Below, in pieces: positions 53,889-64,000 of a stretch of 64,000 nucleotides of DNA. The DNA lies in IMG/VR virus record IMGVR_UViG_3300027782_000025, positions 186,001 through 250,000 of that record; one strand, given 5' to 3'. Every line of letters starts with the position of its first letter. Position 1 is the first letter of the stretch. The notes under the pieces are model-generated. The model worked only from the letters and a program-made list of their open reading frames with translations, had not been told where the DNA came from and made no database searches. The translations under genes were made by a program, and so were the position numbers.

Positions 53889-54149
53889 ATGAAGACTTTT
53901 GTTTTGGCCTGCGTATTGCTCGGGACTATTGGTGTGTTTGAAGCTGAGGCCGGTTGTGGTCAGCGTTCAAACGGGTCTTGTGGCAATAGCCGTGCTAAGT
54001 TATTCGAAGGGCGCACTCGCGGAGGCCTCTCCTGTGGTAAGACTCGCGTTTCTTCTTGTTTTGCGGCTCCAAAGGCTTCTGCCTGCACAGCTTGCGACAA
54101 GGCTAACGAGAAAGCCGCTCCTGCTGCGTCTAAGTCTGAAAATAAGTAA
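53889..54149 (+). CDS. Small secreted Cys/Gly-rich protein
   Basis: AAAGGG RBS; signal peptide MKTFVLACVLLGTIGVFEAEA followed by a mature part with six Cys. Confidence 0.6.
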   Translation: MKTFVLACVLLGTIGVFEAEAGCGQRSNGSCGNSRAKLFEGRTRGGLSCGKTRVSSCFAAPKASACTACDKANEKAAPAASKSENK

Positions 54150-54244
54150 TTGATTAATTAATCATCGCCAGATTGCGTAGACTATTACTTTCCCTTCAAA
54201 TATACATTAGAAATTTGGCTACTTATATTGAAAGGAGACAGAAA

Positions 54245-54649
54245 ATGTCTGCGCAACCTGCCAATTCTTCGATTTCGGTGTTTATGAACCTGAGGTCCTA
54301 TAGGCGGGATCTCAGACATGAGTCTCTGGCTGCTATTTGCAAGAGGCTTCGTCCTCTTGTGATGACCATCCCAGGAGAAGAAATTCTCGTGGGCGTTCTT
54401 AACAGAGATACCGGCGTCAAAGACATGAGTTCTTATATGGGCGAAGCACGTTTTAATGCTGGTCGTGGCTTCCCAATTGTAATCGGCACCTTCGGTCAAA
54501 CTAGCTTCGCTGAAGCTCAGACCAATCTTGCTGATATCAATTTTGCATTCCAAATCGGCTCTGATAAATTCTTGTCCAACACCGCAGCTGGCCTAACTGG
54601 CGATCTGTTTGGTGATGCACGAGGCCTAGCATCTGATATAACCACTTAA
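54245..54649 (+). CDS. Hypothetical protein (possibly an abundant virion protein)
   Basis: AAAGGAG RBS before ATG54245; followed by a perfect hairpin. Confidence 0.65.
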   Translation: MSAQPANSSISVFMNLRSYRRDLRHESLAAICKRLRPLVMTIPGEEILVGVLNRDTGVKDMSSYMGEARFNAGRGFPIVIGTFGQTSFAEAQTNLADINFAFQIGSDKFLSNTAAGLTGDLFGDARGLASDITT

Positions 54650-54678
54650 TAATCCTTAATCGGATTATCGAGAATTAA

Positions 54679-54717
54679 AAGAAGACGGGGAGATCGATAA
54701 AATCTCCCCGTCTTCTT
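54679..54717. terminator. Perfect 16-bp stem-loop
   Basis: AAGAAGACGGGGAGAT-cgataaa-ATCTCCCCGTCTTCTT. Confidence 0.75.
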
Positions 54718-54781
54718 ATATAAACCATATCCGAATATAAATTAAGCCACAAATATATTATATAACTCAAGGAGACAGACT

Positions 54782-55312
54782 ATGCGCTGGGTCCCATTTA
54801 CAGCCTTCATAAAAATTGTGCCATCATTAGCGAACGGAAAAAGATTCGAAATTATAAGAAATGCTCAAAAACTATCAGTAGCATTATTCGAAGAAATCCC
54901 TAATTATGATGGTGGGAAATTCCAGCTATCGTCGCCTAGTGGCGGACAACAAAACAGCCAAACAAATGGGGCTGCGTTGAGTTCCTTCGCCAACGGCACC
55001 GCATATAAACCACAATTTGGGCAATCGCCAGCCCAACTGACAATGTCTGGATTCTATAAATCAGAGGCTAAAAACGCATACACGCAGCCTGAAGTTATGC
55101 GATTCTCTGGCAATGAAAAATATTCAGGCATGGGCTCGCATTTAAATGAATTGATGCCAACAGGCACAGTATATTCAGAAGTATCAGACATTCTATCGAT
55201 TCTTCGAGACGCTTGCGATGCAGCGTTTCCAGCATCAGTTCCTTATAGCGTATTTCGTTTAGAATACAATGGCTTAGTATTTGGGGACAGGGGATTAACC
55301 TTCCCTGATTAA
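54782..55312 (+). CDS. Hypothetical protein
   Basis: AAGGAG RBS; 176 aa; directly upstream of the neck gene. Confidence 0.65.
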   Translation: MRWVPFTAFIKIVPSLANGKRFEIIRNAQKLSVALFEEIPNYDGGKFQLSSPSGGQQNSQTNGAALSSFANGTAYKPQFGQSPAQLTMSGFYKSEAKNAYTQPEVMRFSGNEKYSGMGSHLNELMPTGTVYSEVSDILSILRDACDAAFPASVPYSVFRLEYNGLVFGDRGLTFPD

Positions 55313-55314
55313 AT

Positions 55315-56097
55315 ATGGCTATTTTTGGACCAGCAGATCTACCCTCTATATTAAAACTACGTTCTGAACCAATGAAAAAGTATATCCTGACCAAATTAGG
55401 ATATCCAAATGTAGATGTAGAGATACAAGAAGATCAATTCGAAACGATTTGGAGAGTGGCTGGAGATTTTATAGCTAGCTATTTCCCCAGAGAGCAGAAA
55501 TTAGCTGTTTTTTGGACCAACCCATTGCAACCAACATACCCTCTTCCAGAAGACGCTTATTGGGTCCAAGAAGTGCATTGGGACCCAGCAACAACCAGAA
55601 TAAACGATGTATTTGGGGCTGAAAGCTTTTTATTTAATGTCGGGCAGGTGTCCGGCATACAAAATATGCTTTTAGATTACCACCTTCTTCAAGCATATAG
55701 AAAATTCTCCCAAAAAATACTTGGCACTGAAGGCCACTGGGAAGTGATTAACGAAAACAATAAATTTACACAAGGTGATTCATTAAGTTCTAAAGATCAA
55801 AAAATACGGTTATATCCGACACCAAAAGGCGCTTTCCCAGTGACTGTTCTTTACATCCCTGTCGTCAATAGTTTTAGAAGCCCGCAAGCTAGACAGCTAT
55901 GCTATGATATGATGCTTGCTGAAGCTAAAACCTCGCTGGGTGCTGCAAGAAGAAAAATCTCAGGATTACCAACACCAGATGGTGGTACAATATCTTATGA
56001 TGGTGATGCTCTCATGAACGAAGGCATCAAAATGAAAGAAGAGATAATTAAATCTGCTATTGATCTCGGTGAACCATATGGAGTATGGCTATGGTAA
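55315..56097 (+). CDS. Neck protein, T4 gp13-like
   Basis: MKKYILTKLGYPNVDVEIQEDQ closely parallels T4 gp13 [22 protein letters not shown]; C-terminal LP..DGGTI.YDG..L..EG pattern. Confidence 0.75.
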   Translation: MAIFGPADLPSILKLRSEPMKKYILTKLGYPNVDVEIQEDQFETIWRVAGDFIASYFPREQKLAVFWTNPLQPTYPLPEDAYWVQEVHWDPATTRINDVFGAESFLFNVGQVSGIQNMLLDYHLLQAYRKFSQKILGTEGHWEVINENNKFTQGDSLSSKDQKIRLYPTPKGAFPVTVLYIPVVNSFRSPQARQLCYDMMLAEAKTSLGAARRKISGLPTPDGGTISYDGDALMNEGIKMKEEIIKSAIDLGEPYGVWLW

Positions 56098-56681
56098 TAG
56101 AACCGATTGAAATTAGCTTCCAATTACAGGTACTACCTGACCATAGCGTCATTATACCTGGCTGTGAACCAACATCGGCAATATCAAGTGCGTCTCTGTC
56201 TTATTCTATGGCACTTAATGGATGTGAACAACCGAAAGTACCAATTAAATTAATATTAGATAAAATCCCAGGTAGCTATATAAAGTATGGGTGGAATTTT
56301 AACCTTGGCTATAACCAGACTTGGTTGGTGTTTCCTCCTTATTTGGCAGGCTGCCCATGCGATGATAGACCCGATTGGTATAACATGCTGAGATGTATAG
56401 CTAGTGAAATAACTGACCCGATTGTAGTTGAAAAAAACTGCGATGTTCTAGAACGCGAATTTTGTAACCCAGAAATAAAACCAGGGCCAAGCGGCGGCGG
56501 TGATGCTTATGTGAATCCTCCAGAAGGTCCATCTGCCTTAGGCTATGGTGGTATTTTACCACCGATTCCACCTTGGGCGCGGAAAAAAGTTAATTTCTGT
56601 AAATTAGCGGGCATGGACAAGGAAATGAAGATGATGGCTCCGCACGATACTAATATACTGGATTCTATTTTAGGAACTTAA
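56085..56681 (+). CDS. Hypothetical Cys/Pro-rich protein
   Basis: 198-aa ORF between the neck and fibre genes. Confidence 0.55.
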   Translation: MAMVIEPIEISFQLQVLPDHSVIIPGCEPTSAISSASLSYSMALNGCEQPKVPIKLILDKIPGSYIKYGWNFNLGYNQTWLVFPPYLAGCPCDDRPDWYNMLRCIASEITDPIVVEKNCDVLEREFCNPEIKPGPSGGGDAYVNPPEGPSALGYGGILPPIPPWARKKVNFCKLAGMDKEMKMMAPHDTNILDSILGT

Positions 56682-59600
56682 ATGGATATTGGAACTATAT
56701 TAAGGCTGCAAGGCCCAGTACCGACTAATTTAGCTCCAAATAAGTTTTATTCTGGAACCATCTTTTTTTTCGAAGATGACGCTTTCTTGTTTTATGCTGG
56801 CGGCAATAACGGCTACAATAGAGCCACATATATAAGCAAAATAAATATTGGCGCCGGAAGCGTAAATGGGTTTAACTTCGATACAAACACGTTAGCCTTG
56901 AGCGGCGGCCCAATAACTAGAACTGGCACGATAAAAATAGATCTTATCGAGAATCTGGCTGTGGTGGGGCAGTACGGTTCATCGACCACGATACCAATCA
57001 TAACCGCTAATTCGCTTGGATTCGTTACTAGAATGAGCGAAGTGCAAAACGATACGGCTGGCGGTACTGTCACGCTCATGGAAATGGATTCAGATGATTT
57101 AGAAATATATGGATTACCAACACAATTACCGACATGTCCTCCACCAGCCGTGCCGCCGCCGGTCCAATGTGATGAGTTAACTGAATTAGGATTTTTAGCA
57201 ACCGACACTAAGCCAGCTGACATCTGCATAAGCCCAGACGATGGTTTTTTATATGTCGCTAATAATGGTAGTATTTCAATCTATAAGCGTATAACAGGAA
57301 CCGGCTTGCTGCAAGCATTAAGCCCTGTGATTATTTCTGGGATTGGTAATGCTATTATTATAAGCTCCGATGGTAAAAACATATACGTTATTAACGACAC
57401 AAATAGTATCGACATGTTTTGGCGAAATACCACTAACGGCTTATTGACATCAATCGGATCCATTGCTACTGGCAACACGCCGGTTGATATGTGCATATCT
57501 GCTGATGGTAAGAATGTTTATGCTGTAAACCTTCTGGATGACACTATTTCAGTATTTGGGCGTGATGACACGACAGGCTTGCTAACATCATTAGGCGACA
57601 TCGCTGCTGGCACCGAACCGAATTACATTGCAGTAAGCCCTGATGGCAAGAATGTTTATGTTATCCACCGTGGCTCAGCGTCGCGCACGATATCTATTTA
57701 TGCACGCAATACTACATCTGGTTTGTTAACTATAACAACGTCTATCGCTACTGGCGTTGCGCGTGGTATCGCGATTAGTCCAAATGGTAAAAATGTATAC
57801 GTTTCTGATCTCGATAATGTCATAGTTAACTATGGTAGAAACACCACGACAGGTCTTCTGACTAAAAAAGAAACCTTTGCATCTAATGCGCCTTGGGGTA
57901 TTGTGATTAGCGCTGATGGCACAAGCGCTTATATTAGCAGTATGAATAATAGCATAAGCATTTTTAGACGTAATGTCACCACTGGCTCATTCTCCGCAGT
58001 TGGGCAAATAGCAGCTAGGGGTGGTTATAACCTTTGCATTAGCTATGATGGTTTAAATGTTTATGTGCCAAATGTGAATTTAGATTCGATAACAATGTTC
58101 TCAAGGAAGAATTGCACGCCACCTAGCACTCCGACACCGACACAGGTAGATCTTAGACGCTATCTTGTTAGAGCGACTCGCGGAGGTACTGCTGAGCAAG
58201 CATCAGATGTGGAATATTGGTCGTCTGGTGATGGCTATGGAGGCACCACATGCATGATAGATCTGGTCGCCAATAATATTTATACAACTGGAGCTAATCC
58301 AGAATTCGCAGGTCTGCCGCCGTTGCCAGCTTTTAATTCGATTATAAATGCCAAAAAGGTAACGAAATATTCAGCCAAACCATATGATACATATGCTTGG
58401 AAAAAACTCGCGACTGGTCACGGCATGGTGGCTGTAGTTAAGACCGATGGCTCTTTATGGGTCGGCGATGAAAGTATATCTAAAGGCACTGGACTTAGGA
58501 AGATTACCAGTTTTAAACGTTTAAATAATGGGGTTGTAGTTAATGTCATTCCAGCGCCATCTAATTTTATAGATGTTAGGACCACAAAATGGCCAGATCA
58601 AAGCACAACTGATTTTGTCAAGTTAAGAGCTTTCACTTCTGATGGTGCTACATATTCTAGTTCATATGGCTGGAATACTAGCACTGCGCCAGACACTATG
58701 ACTTTGGAATCCGGACCAGGCGGACTACCAATCACGGAAGTGCCGAATTATTCCTATAATGGCTATACTCATTATTTCGAAACTTATTTAATGACACTAA
58801 CATCAAGGAGGTGGGTGGCCTACGGCAATAACACTAACGGCCAATGTGGTACAAGCACTATAGTATCACCGATAAGAAATTTCTACATTAAAGATCTTGA
58901 TAATGCACTGGTAGTATCAGCTGGTCAGTTGCATACAATGGCTATATTACCAGGCGGAATATTAGTTGGCTGCGGAGATAGCATTCAAGGTCAGTTGGGT
59001 AATAACTCTAAATTTACAGCTAATTCTAAATTTACCCAAATAGGCACTGATAGAGATTGGAAGTCAGTTTATGCAGGTGATAGTTTTAGCATAGCCATAA
59101 AAAATGACGGCACAGCGTATGCGACTGGCTTTAACCCGCCAGGCTTGCCAGTATACAGCAATAAGACATTATTTAATTTCACTCAAATACCAAATATTAC
59201 TGGTGCAGTGGAAGCGTTTGGCTTTAACGATCCATTTATATTCTGCAGCACTGCACCCCGACGAACTGATTGCTTTGCCGGTTGGAGCCCAAGCCTCAGC
59301 ACTCTGACAATTCCATTATATAGTGGCGACACTGTTTTATCAAATAATGGAGCGGGCTTTTTCGGCTATGCATCGAGCGGCACGTCGCTATATTCGATCG
59401 TTTTAAACAATCTTGGTTCTGGTATTTTCTCTATTGCATTCTTGAACAATGGTCAGTTGACACTTAACAGTAATATATCTGCTACTAATACAAAATTGTT
59501 TGCTAATGGCGACATTATTACGATTAACATCCCATCATTAAAAGGTGACACAACAAGTTGGGATACTGTTAATGGCAGATACCTTGTAACTGACACTAGC

Positions 59601-61988
59601 GATTTGAGATACGTTAAACTATTATGTGCGCCGGCCCCAACGCCTGTGCCTACACCAACACCGACACCACCGACGCCAACTCCAACTTGCTTTGATCGGT
59701 GGGGTGGAGAACCGAAAGGCTTTTTCGGTCCGTTTACTTATTCGGAATATAATCCGTTTTATATCTTAGCCCCTAGGAGGCCACCATACATTCCTAGCGA
59801 TCCAATACCAATGCTGCAGGCACCTTTAGCTGAAAGTACGGTAAATCCAATTAGGCCATATAATGGCGAATTAGTTATTACTAGCAGGCTTTATAATTTA
59901 TACGCACGTGGGTTAATTTACGATGATGGTCTCAGATTTTTTTGGCTAAACGACAAGAATGGTAAAGTAGAAACTACCCCATTTATTGTGGGAGACCTAG
60001 TTACTTTCCGTAATGACGCTAACAATAATGAACGAAACCCGCCAACTAACTGGATAAACACAGAATACCTTATCACTAACATAGAGCTGGGCGTGCATAC
60101 TATAATTTGCCGCCCCACGCCGACGCCAACACCGGCTCCAACGCTTGAATGCGGTAAATTAACACTAAGGCAGACTGCATCTTTTGGCGGTAATCATCAA
60201 GCTATGATAGTTTCTGAGAAATATGAGGTTAAGATTTTATGCACAGCTGATGCTGTTACTAATGCAGTATCTGTTTTTGTTATAAATTCAGATGGATCAT
60301 TAACCTTTTATAATTCATATTTAGCCGGCCTAAACCCACGTGATATAGTGATGTCATCAAATAATCAATATATCTATGTGATCACACAGAGTGGTTTAGT
60401 TACCTTTCTTAGACCAGCAGGAACCTCGCCAGTTATAAATTTAATCGATACTGATACTAGATTTACTTCATTTAATGGAGCAAGGCTTTACATTTCGCCT
60501 GATAATTCATTCTTATATATTTCTATCTTAAATGCTATAAAAATAGTTAAACTTAACGGCATACCTGATAAGACTAGCGTAGTATTAACAACACCTATCG
60601 CAGGCGAAGTATGTTATATGCTTGGGTCTAGTGATGGAAAGTATCTCTACCATGTTTCTTCAGATGCAAATAAGATATCGGCTTTCATAAGAAATTCTAG
60701 CAATGGATCGCTGATCTTAATTAGAGAATTAAATATTGAAGGCACACAACCACGACATGCGACTTTAGCTTTCTCCGAAAAGTTCATATTTATTTCTAGC
60801 ATTGGTACTAGTCTAATATCAGCTTTCATGAGAGACCCAACTAGCGGAGACATTAATTATGCCTCAACACCAAGCACAAGTATCGGCTTGGCAGGCACGC
60901 GAACTAATGGGATACTTGCCACAGCCGATAACTCTTTATATATCGCCGATTTCCAATTCAGCACTTTATATGAATACAAAATAGATCCCGGCACAGGCAA
61001 TATCACCTCATCGGGACAAACGTTGCCAAATGTGGTTTATGGAAATGACATAAAAATTAATGCTGCTAATAAAACGCTTTACGTCTTAAGCGGCGCTGGT
61101 GCTATTGGTGATATAATAGTTTACGACAGAGTATATTGTCCACCGACCCCTACGCCAACACCATTAACACCTTCCCAAACACCAACGCCATTGACATTTC
61201 CTTCTTTAGGTGGCAAAAGGTTAGTGGTAAGTTATTCTGCTACTCAAGCGACTACATCTAAACTGTTTACGATCAATGAAATGAATGGTGATAAAATAGC
61301 AGAGTCAGTTATTAATCTACCATATAACGCTTTGCGTCGTATCTCAGCATACGACGGTACATTATATGCTTCTGCTGTTCCTTCAAATAGTGCTATTGTT
61401 TTAAATAAAGAACAAATTGGTATAATTGATACAAATGGTGTTTTTAGTTCTCTGAATGATACTTCAAGCGCATATGTTTTGTCAGGAAAGTTTTGCATGG
61501 TTGGCTACCATTCTTATATAGCTATAATATATAACACTATCTTCCAGGCATCATATTTTGCTTCTAAAACGCAATTCTACGGTGGAGCTACAAAACTAGG
61601 CGCCAACTTTAATAATAACCAAGTAATAAACGATTTCACCGTTAGCCCGAGTGGTGAAATATTCTTTGTAAGCCCTAGTTGGGGCAATGATCCAAAGTCG
61701 CCAACAGGTCAATTATACGTTTATTATACGAATACATCCATCAATCCAGTCCAGATCGGACTTACCCAATATGGCGGTCTATCATTTATGTGTTGGGCTG
61801 GGAGTAGTCTTTCTTTTGATGGCAGGATGAATGACGCTATTTATTATTTAATCGGCCCACAACTACACTACCTAGAAATATTTAGAGATAATAATGGAAC
61901 TCCAATTTCTGTTAAAGATTACTTTATAGATAGAATGACAGGTTTTGACATCACAGGTGTTGGTATCACAGGTATCACAGTTATATAG
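56682..61988 (+). CDS. Modular tail fibre/adhesin (1768 aa)
   Basis: N-terminal tail-fibre motif GQYGSSTTIPIIT.N..G.VT; two lactonase-like propellers (SPDG/SADG repeats); RCC1 repeats (GNNTNGQCG, GDSIQGQLG); PT linkers. Confidence 0.75.
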   Translation: MDIGTILRLQGPVPTNLAPNKFYSGTIFFFEDDAFLFYAGGNNGYNRATYISKINIGAGSVNGFNFDTNTLALSGGPITRTGTIKIDLIENLAVVGQYGSSTTIPIITANSLGFVTRMSEVQNDTAGGTVTLMEMDSDDLEIYGLPTQLPTCPPPAVPPPVQCDELTELGFLATDTKPADICISPDDGFLYVANNGSISIYKRITGTGLLQALSPVIISGIGNAIIISSDGKNIYVINDTNSIDMFWRNTTNGLLTSIGSIATGNTPVDMCISADGKNVYAVNLLDDTISVFGRDDTTGLLTSLGDIAAGTEPNYIAVSPDGKNVYVIHRGSASRTISIYARNTTSGLLTITTSIATGVARGIAISPNGKNVYVSDLDNVIVNYGRNTTTGLLTKKETFASNAPWGIVISADGTSAYISSMNNSISIFRRNVTTGSFSAVGQIAARGGYNLCISYDGLNVYVPNVNLDSITMFSRKNCTPPSTPTPTQVDLRRYLVRATRGGTAEQASDVEYWSSGDGYGGTTCMIDLVANNIYTTGANPEFAGLPPLPAFNSIINAKKVTKYSAKPYDTYAWKKLATGHGMVAVVKTDGSLWVGDESISKGTGLRKITSFKRLNNGVVVNVIPAPSNFIDVRTTKWPDQSTTDFVKLRAFTSDGATYSSSYGWNTSTAPDTMTLESGPGGLPITEVPNYSYNGYTHYFETYLMTLTSRRWVAYGNNTNGQCGTSTIVSPIRNFYIKDLDNALVVSAGQLHTMAILPGGILVGCGDSIQGQLGNNSKFTANSKFTQIGTDRDWKSVYAGDSFSIAIKNDGTAYATGFNPPGLPVYSNKTLFNFTQIPNITGAVEAFGFNDPFIFCSTAPRRTDCFAGWSPSLSTLTIPLYSGDTVLSNNGAGFFGYASSGTSLYSIVLNNLGSGIFSIAFLNNGQLTLNSNISATNTKLFANGDIITINIPSLKGDTTSWDTVNGRYLVTDTSDLRYVKLLCAPAPTPVPTPTPTPPTPTPTCFDRWGGEPKGFFGPFTYSEYNPFYILAPRRPPYIPSDPIPMLQAPLAESTVNPIRPYNGELVITSRLYNLYARGLIYDDGLRFFWLNDKNGKVETTPFIVGDLVTFRNDANNNERNPPTNWINTEYLITNIELGVHTIICRPTPTPTPAPTLECGKLTLRQTASFGGNHQAMIVSEKYEVKILCTADAVTNAVSVFVINSDGSLTFYNSYLAGLNPRDIVMSSNNQYIYVITQSGLVTFLRPAGTSPVINLIDTDTRFTSFNGARLYISPDNSFLYISILNAIKIVKLNGIPDKTSVVLTTPIAGEVCYMLGSSDGKYLYHVSSDANKISAFIRNSSNGSLILIRELNIEGTQPRHATLAFSEKFIFISSIGTSLISAFMRDPTSGDINYASTPSTSIGLAGTRTNGILATADNSLYIADFQFSTLYEYKIDPGTGNITSSGQTLPNVVYGNDIKINAANKTLYVLSGAGAIGDIIVYDRVYCPPTPTPTPLTPSQTPTPLTFPSLGGKRLVVSYSATQATTSKLFTINEMNGDKIAESVINLPYNALRRISAYDGTLYASAVPSNSAIVLNKEQIGIIDTNGVFSSLNDTSSAYVLSGKFCMVGYHSYIAIIYNTIFQASYFASKTQFYGGATKLGANFNNNQVINDFTVSPSGEIFFVSPSWGNDPKSPTGQLYVYYTNTSINPVQIGLTQYGGLSFMCWAGSSLSFDGRMNDAIYYLIGPQLHYLEIFRDNNGTPISVKDYFIDRMTGFDITGVGITGITVI

Positions 61989-61996
61989 AGCAATAT

Positions 61997-64000
61997 ATGA
62001 TCATCAATACCGTATTTAATCTGAAAACAGTTAATTTTGTGTCGCCGCCACAAAAGGATCCAAACAATCCATATTACCAGTTAGATCTTAAATGCTCTGG
62101 CGTAAATTCTGGGACATTTGGATCAATCGGTACTGTGCCGATGATAAGAATAAACACAAAAGGATTAGTGACTCTTGCCGGGGCTACAACTGGGATCGTC
62201 ATACCTCCATTTATAACAGATTTTACGATAAAAGGACAAAACAGCTCATCGAATCCATTATACACAAACCTTGAAAATTATAATCCAAATCAAGATGAAG
62301 TCGAAAACATATCCGGATTTATTGGAAATTACGGTAAATCTTTATATTCTTCCAATAACCTTATGTATGACAAAGCATCAGGATCTATCAGTATCGGCGT
62401 TAAAAGCAACAGTACAAATGCGGTAAATGAAAATAATGTCGCTATTGGCCAAAGAGCTATGGAAGATGCTTATTCTGCAAAAACCGTAGCTATAGGAAGC
62501 TATACAGCATCTAATACTTTATTAAACAATAATACTATATGTGTTGGTTATGGTGCTCCAGTCGTCGGTGGCAATACGCCGATTAATTCTGACAATATAG
62601 TTATAGGTAGCGGCCTATTTAATAGCTCTGGCACCAAATCGATATTTATAAATAATAATAAAGTTTTGCAAATCACAGGTAACGCGACAAGCAATTCTAT
62701 AAGCATAGGTGGTTTCCCACACTTTGGGTCAGTACCAGATTATTCTGGCATCTTAATCGGTCAGACATACGGCTTTGAAGGATTAAGCATTACGCTGCAG
62801 CAATCTATATTGATTGGAAACCCGTTTACCGCTGTTAATCAAACAAGGACAAGTTTAACCTATAAAACATCTGTCGCTATCATCCAATCTGGCACGCAAT
62901 CTTATAACGCCCTCCGAACCATAGGGCTAGAATCATCGGTTTTAATAAGTAACGAGGCGCCGCCGTCAAAATACTACAGAGATCAAATCGACGGTGCTGG
63001 TCATGTTATATTAGGAAACGGCGCAGGAATAGTGAAACCAAGCATAGTTAGTACAGATAATCCAACAGATTGTATAGCAATTGGCGTGTATTCTACTGGA
63101 TCTTCAAAGGGCATTTCAATAGGTTATAAATCTGGGTCTTTTCTACCGCCTCAGAATAACTCTTTACCTGGTGTTGGGACACTTGGAGGCGCATTTACTG
63201 GTGGTCCTGGGGCTTCCTTATATGGTGCCGGACCGCCTGACGGGAAGAGTAATCCGTATGGTATTATGGGTAAGATAGTACCCGATAATGAATATGTAAC
63301 AGGCGATAATATAACTATCTTAGCAGGTGGTCAATCGCACAGCGCAGCCCTTGTAAACCAAGGAAGAATGTATGTATGTGGCCTTAATGATGCTGGACAA
63401 TTGGGGCTTGGTGACAACACACCAAGATATACGTATACTTTGGTGCCTTGGTCTAACAGCTTTACCTTCGGGATTAAAATAACGCAAATCTGCGCTTATT
63501 ATAATGGCACATTTGTCATCCTAAACGATGGAAGACTATATGGCAGCGGACAAATAAATCCGACTTCTACCACTTCGAGTTTTACTTTAATAGATTCTGG
63601 GCCTTGGACAGTGATATCGGCGGCACGCGATTACGTTACAGGAAAGACAACGTGGGCTGGTATCAAAGGTGGTAAGCTCTATACGATGGGTGATAACACA
63701 TATGGCCAATTGGGCAATGGTACTACCGGCGGTTCTACTAGCACTTTTGCTATGGTAGGATCTTCTACTTATACTAAGGTAGAATGCGGTAAATCTTTTG
63801 TACTAGCAGTGAGAAGCGATAATCGTTTAATAGTGTGGGGAAGAAATAATGTAGGCCAACTCGGCATGGGAAATACTAGCGATTTTAATACTCCACAAAT
63901 AGTGCCGCTGTTCGTTCGTGCTATCCTTGGCGGTTCTCCGGAGTATGATACTTCTAATATAGTATCAATATCAGCTGGTCATGAATGCATAGTAGTGGTA
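61997..64000 (+). CDS. Tail fibre-like protein with RCC1 repeats, 3'-truncated (not in the ORF track)
   Basis: ATG61997 reads MIINTVFNLK...GVNSGTFGSIGTVPMIRINTKGLVT (tail-fibre motif), then N.AIG-type repeats, then RCC1 repeats GLNDAGQLGLG, GDNTYGQLGNG, GRNNVGQLGMG. No stop in the portions I translated by eye. Confidence 0.75.
   Translation, partial: MIINTVFNLKTVNFVSPPQKDPNNPYYQLDLKCSGVNSGTFGSIGTVPMIRINTKGLVTLAGATTGIVIPPFITDFTIKGQNSSSNPLYTNLENYNPNQDEVENISGFIGNYGKSLYSSNNLMYDKASGSISIGVKSNSTNAVNENNVAIGQRAMEDAYSAKTVAIGSYTASNTLLNNNTICVGYGAPVVGGNTPINSDNIVIGSGLFNSSGTKSIFINNNKVLQITGNATSNSISIGGFPHFGSVPDYSGILIGQTYGFEGLSITLQQSILIGNPFTAVNQTRTSLTYKTSVAIIQSGTQSYNALRTIGLESSVLISNEAPPSKYYRDQIDGAGHVILGNGAGIVKPSIVSTDNPTDCIAIGVYSTGSSKGISIGYKSGSFLPPQNNSLPGVGTLGGAFTGGPGASLYGAGPPDGKSNPYGIMGKIVPDNEYVTGDNITILAGGQSHSAALVNQGRMYVCGLNDAGQLGLGDNTPRYTYTLVPWSNSFTFGIKITQICAYYNGTFVILNDGRLYGSGQINPTSTTSSFTLIDSGPWTVISAARDYVTGKTTWAGIKGGKLYTMGDNTYGQLGNGTTGGSTSTFAMVGSSTYTKVECGKSFVLAVRSDNRLIVWGRNNVGQLGMGNTSDFNTPQIVPLFVRAILGGSPEYDTSNIVSISAGHECIVVV

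Overview
This window is a 64-kb segment of a large (jumbo/huge) T4-like tailed bacteriophage genome. It is AT-rich, gene-dense and uses the standard genetic code. Main blocks: (1) the 3' part of an Mre11/SbcD (gp47-like) nuclease, then ~550 bp of non-coding DNA with many helices and a terminator (candidate structured RNA); (2) giant, Cys-rich, Pro/Thr-linked modular fibre/adhesin genes (4418 aa, 1944 aa, 1768 aa, and a >668 aa ORF running off the end) built from Kelch-like, lactonase-like, Asp-box, FG-GAP and RCC1 repeats, one carrying an N-terminal trypsin-like serine protease; (3) an actin-fold ATPase; (4) a DnaE polymerase split into two intein-free genes with a duplicated junction; (5) a replication/recombination block (RecA, DnaB/gp41 helicase, GroES, minimal PolA, UvsY-like, gp32-like SSB, Holliday-junction resolvase); (6) many glycan genes (GT2s, DUF115/Maf-like domain, KdsB, CgeB-like GT, sulfotransferase-like, Gmd); (7) a T4 gp13-like neck protein. 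No CRISPR array, tRNA, rRNA or transposase was recognised. The best candidate for an undescribed system is a set of disulfide-stapled, cassette-shuffled giant fibres with mucin-like PT linkers, plus phage-encoded machinery that may O-glycosylate them. Product calls come from motifs read by eye; no database search was run.
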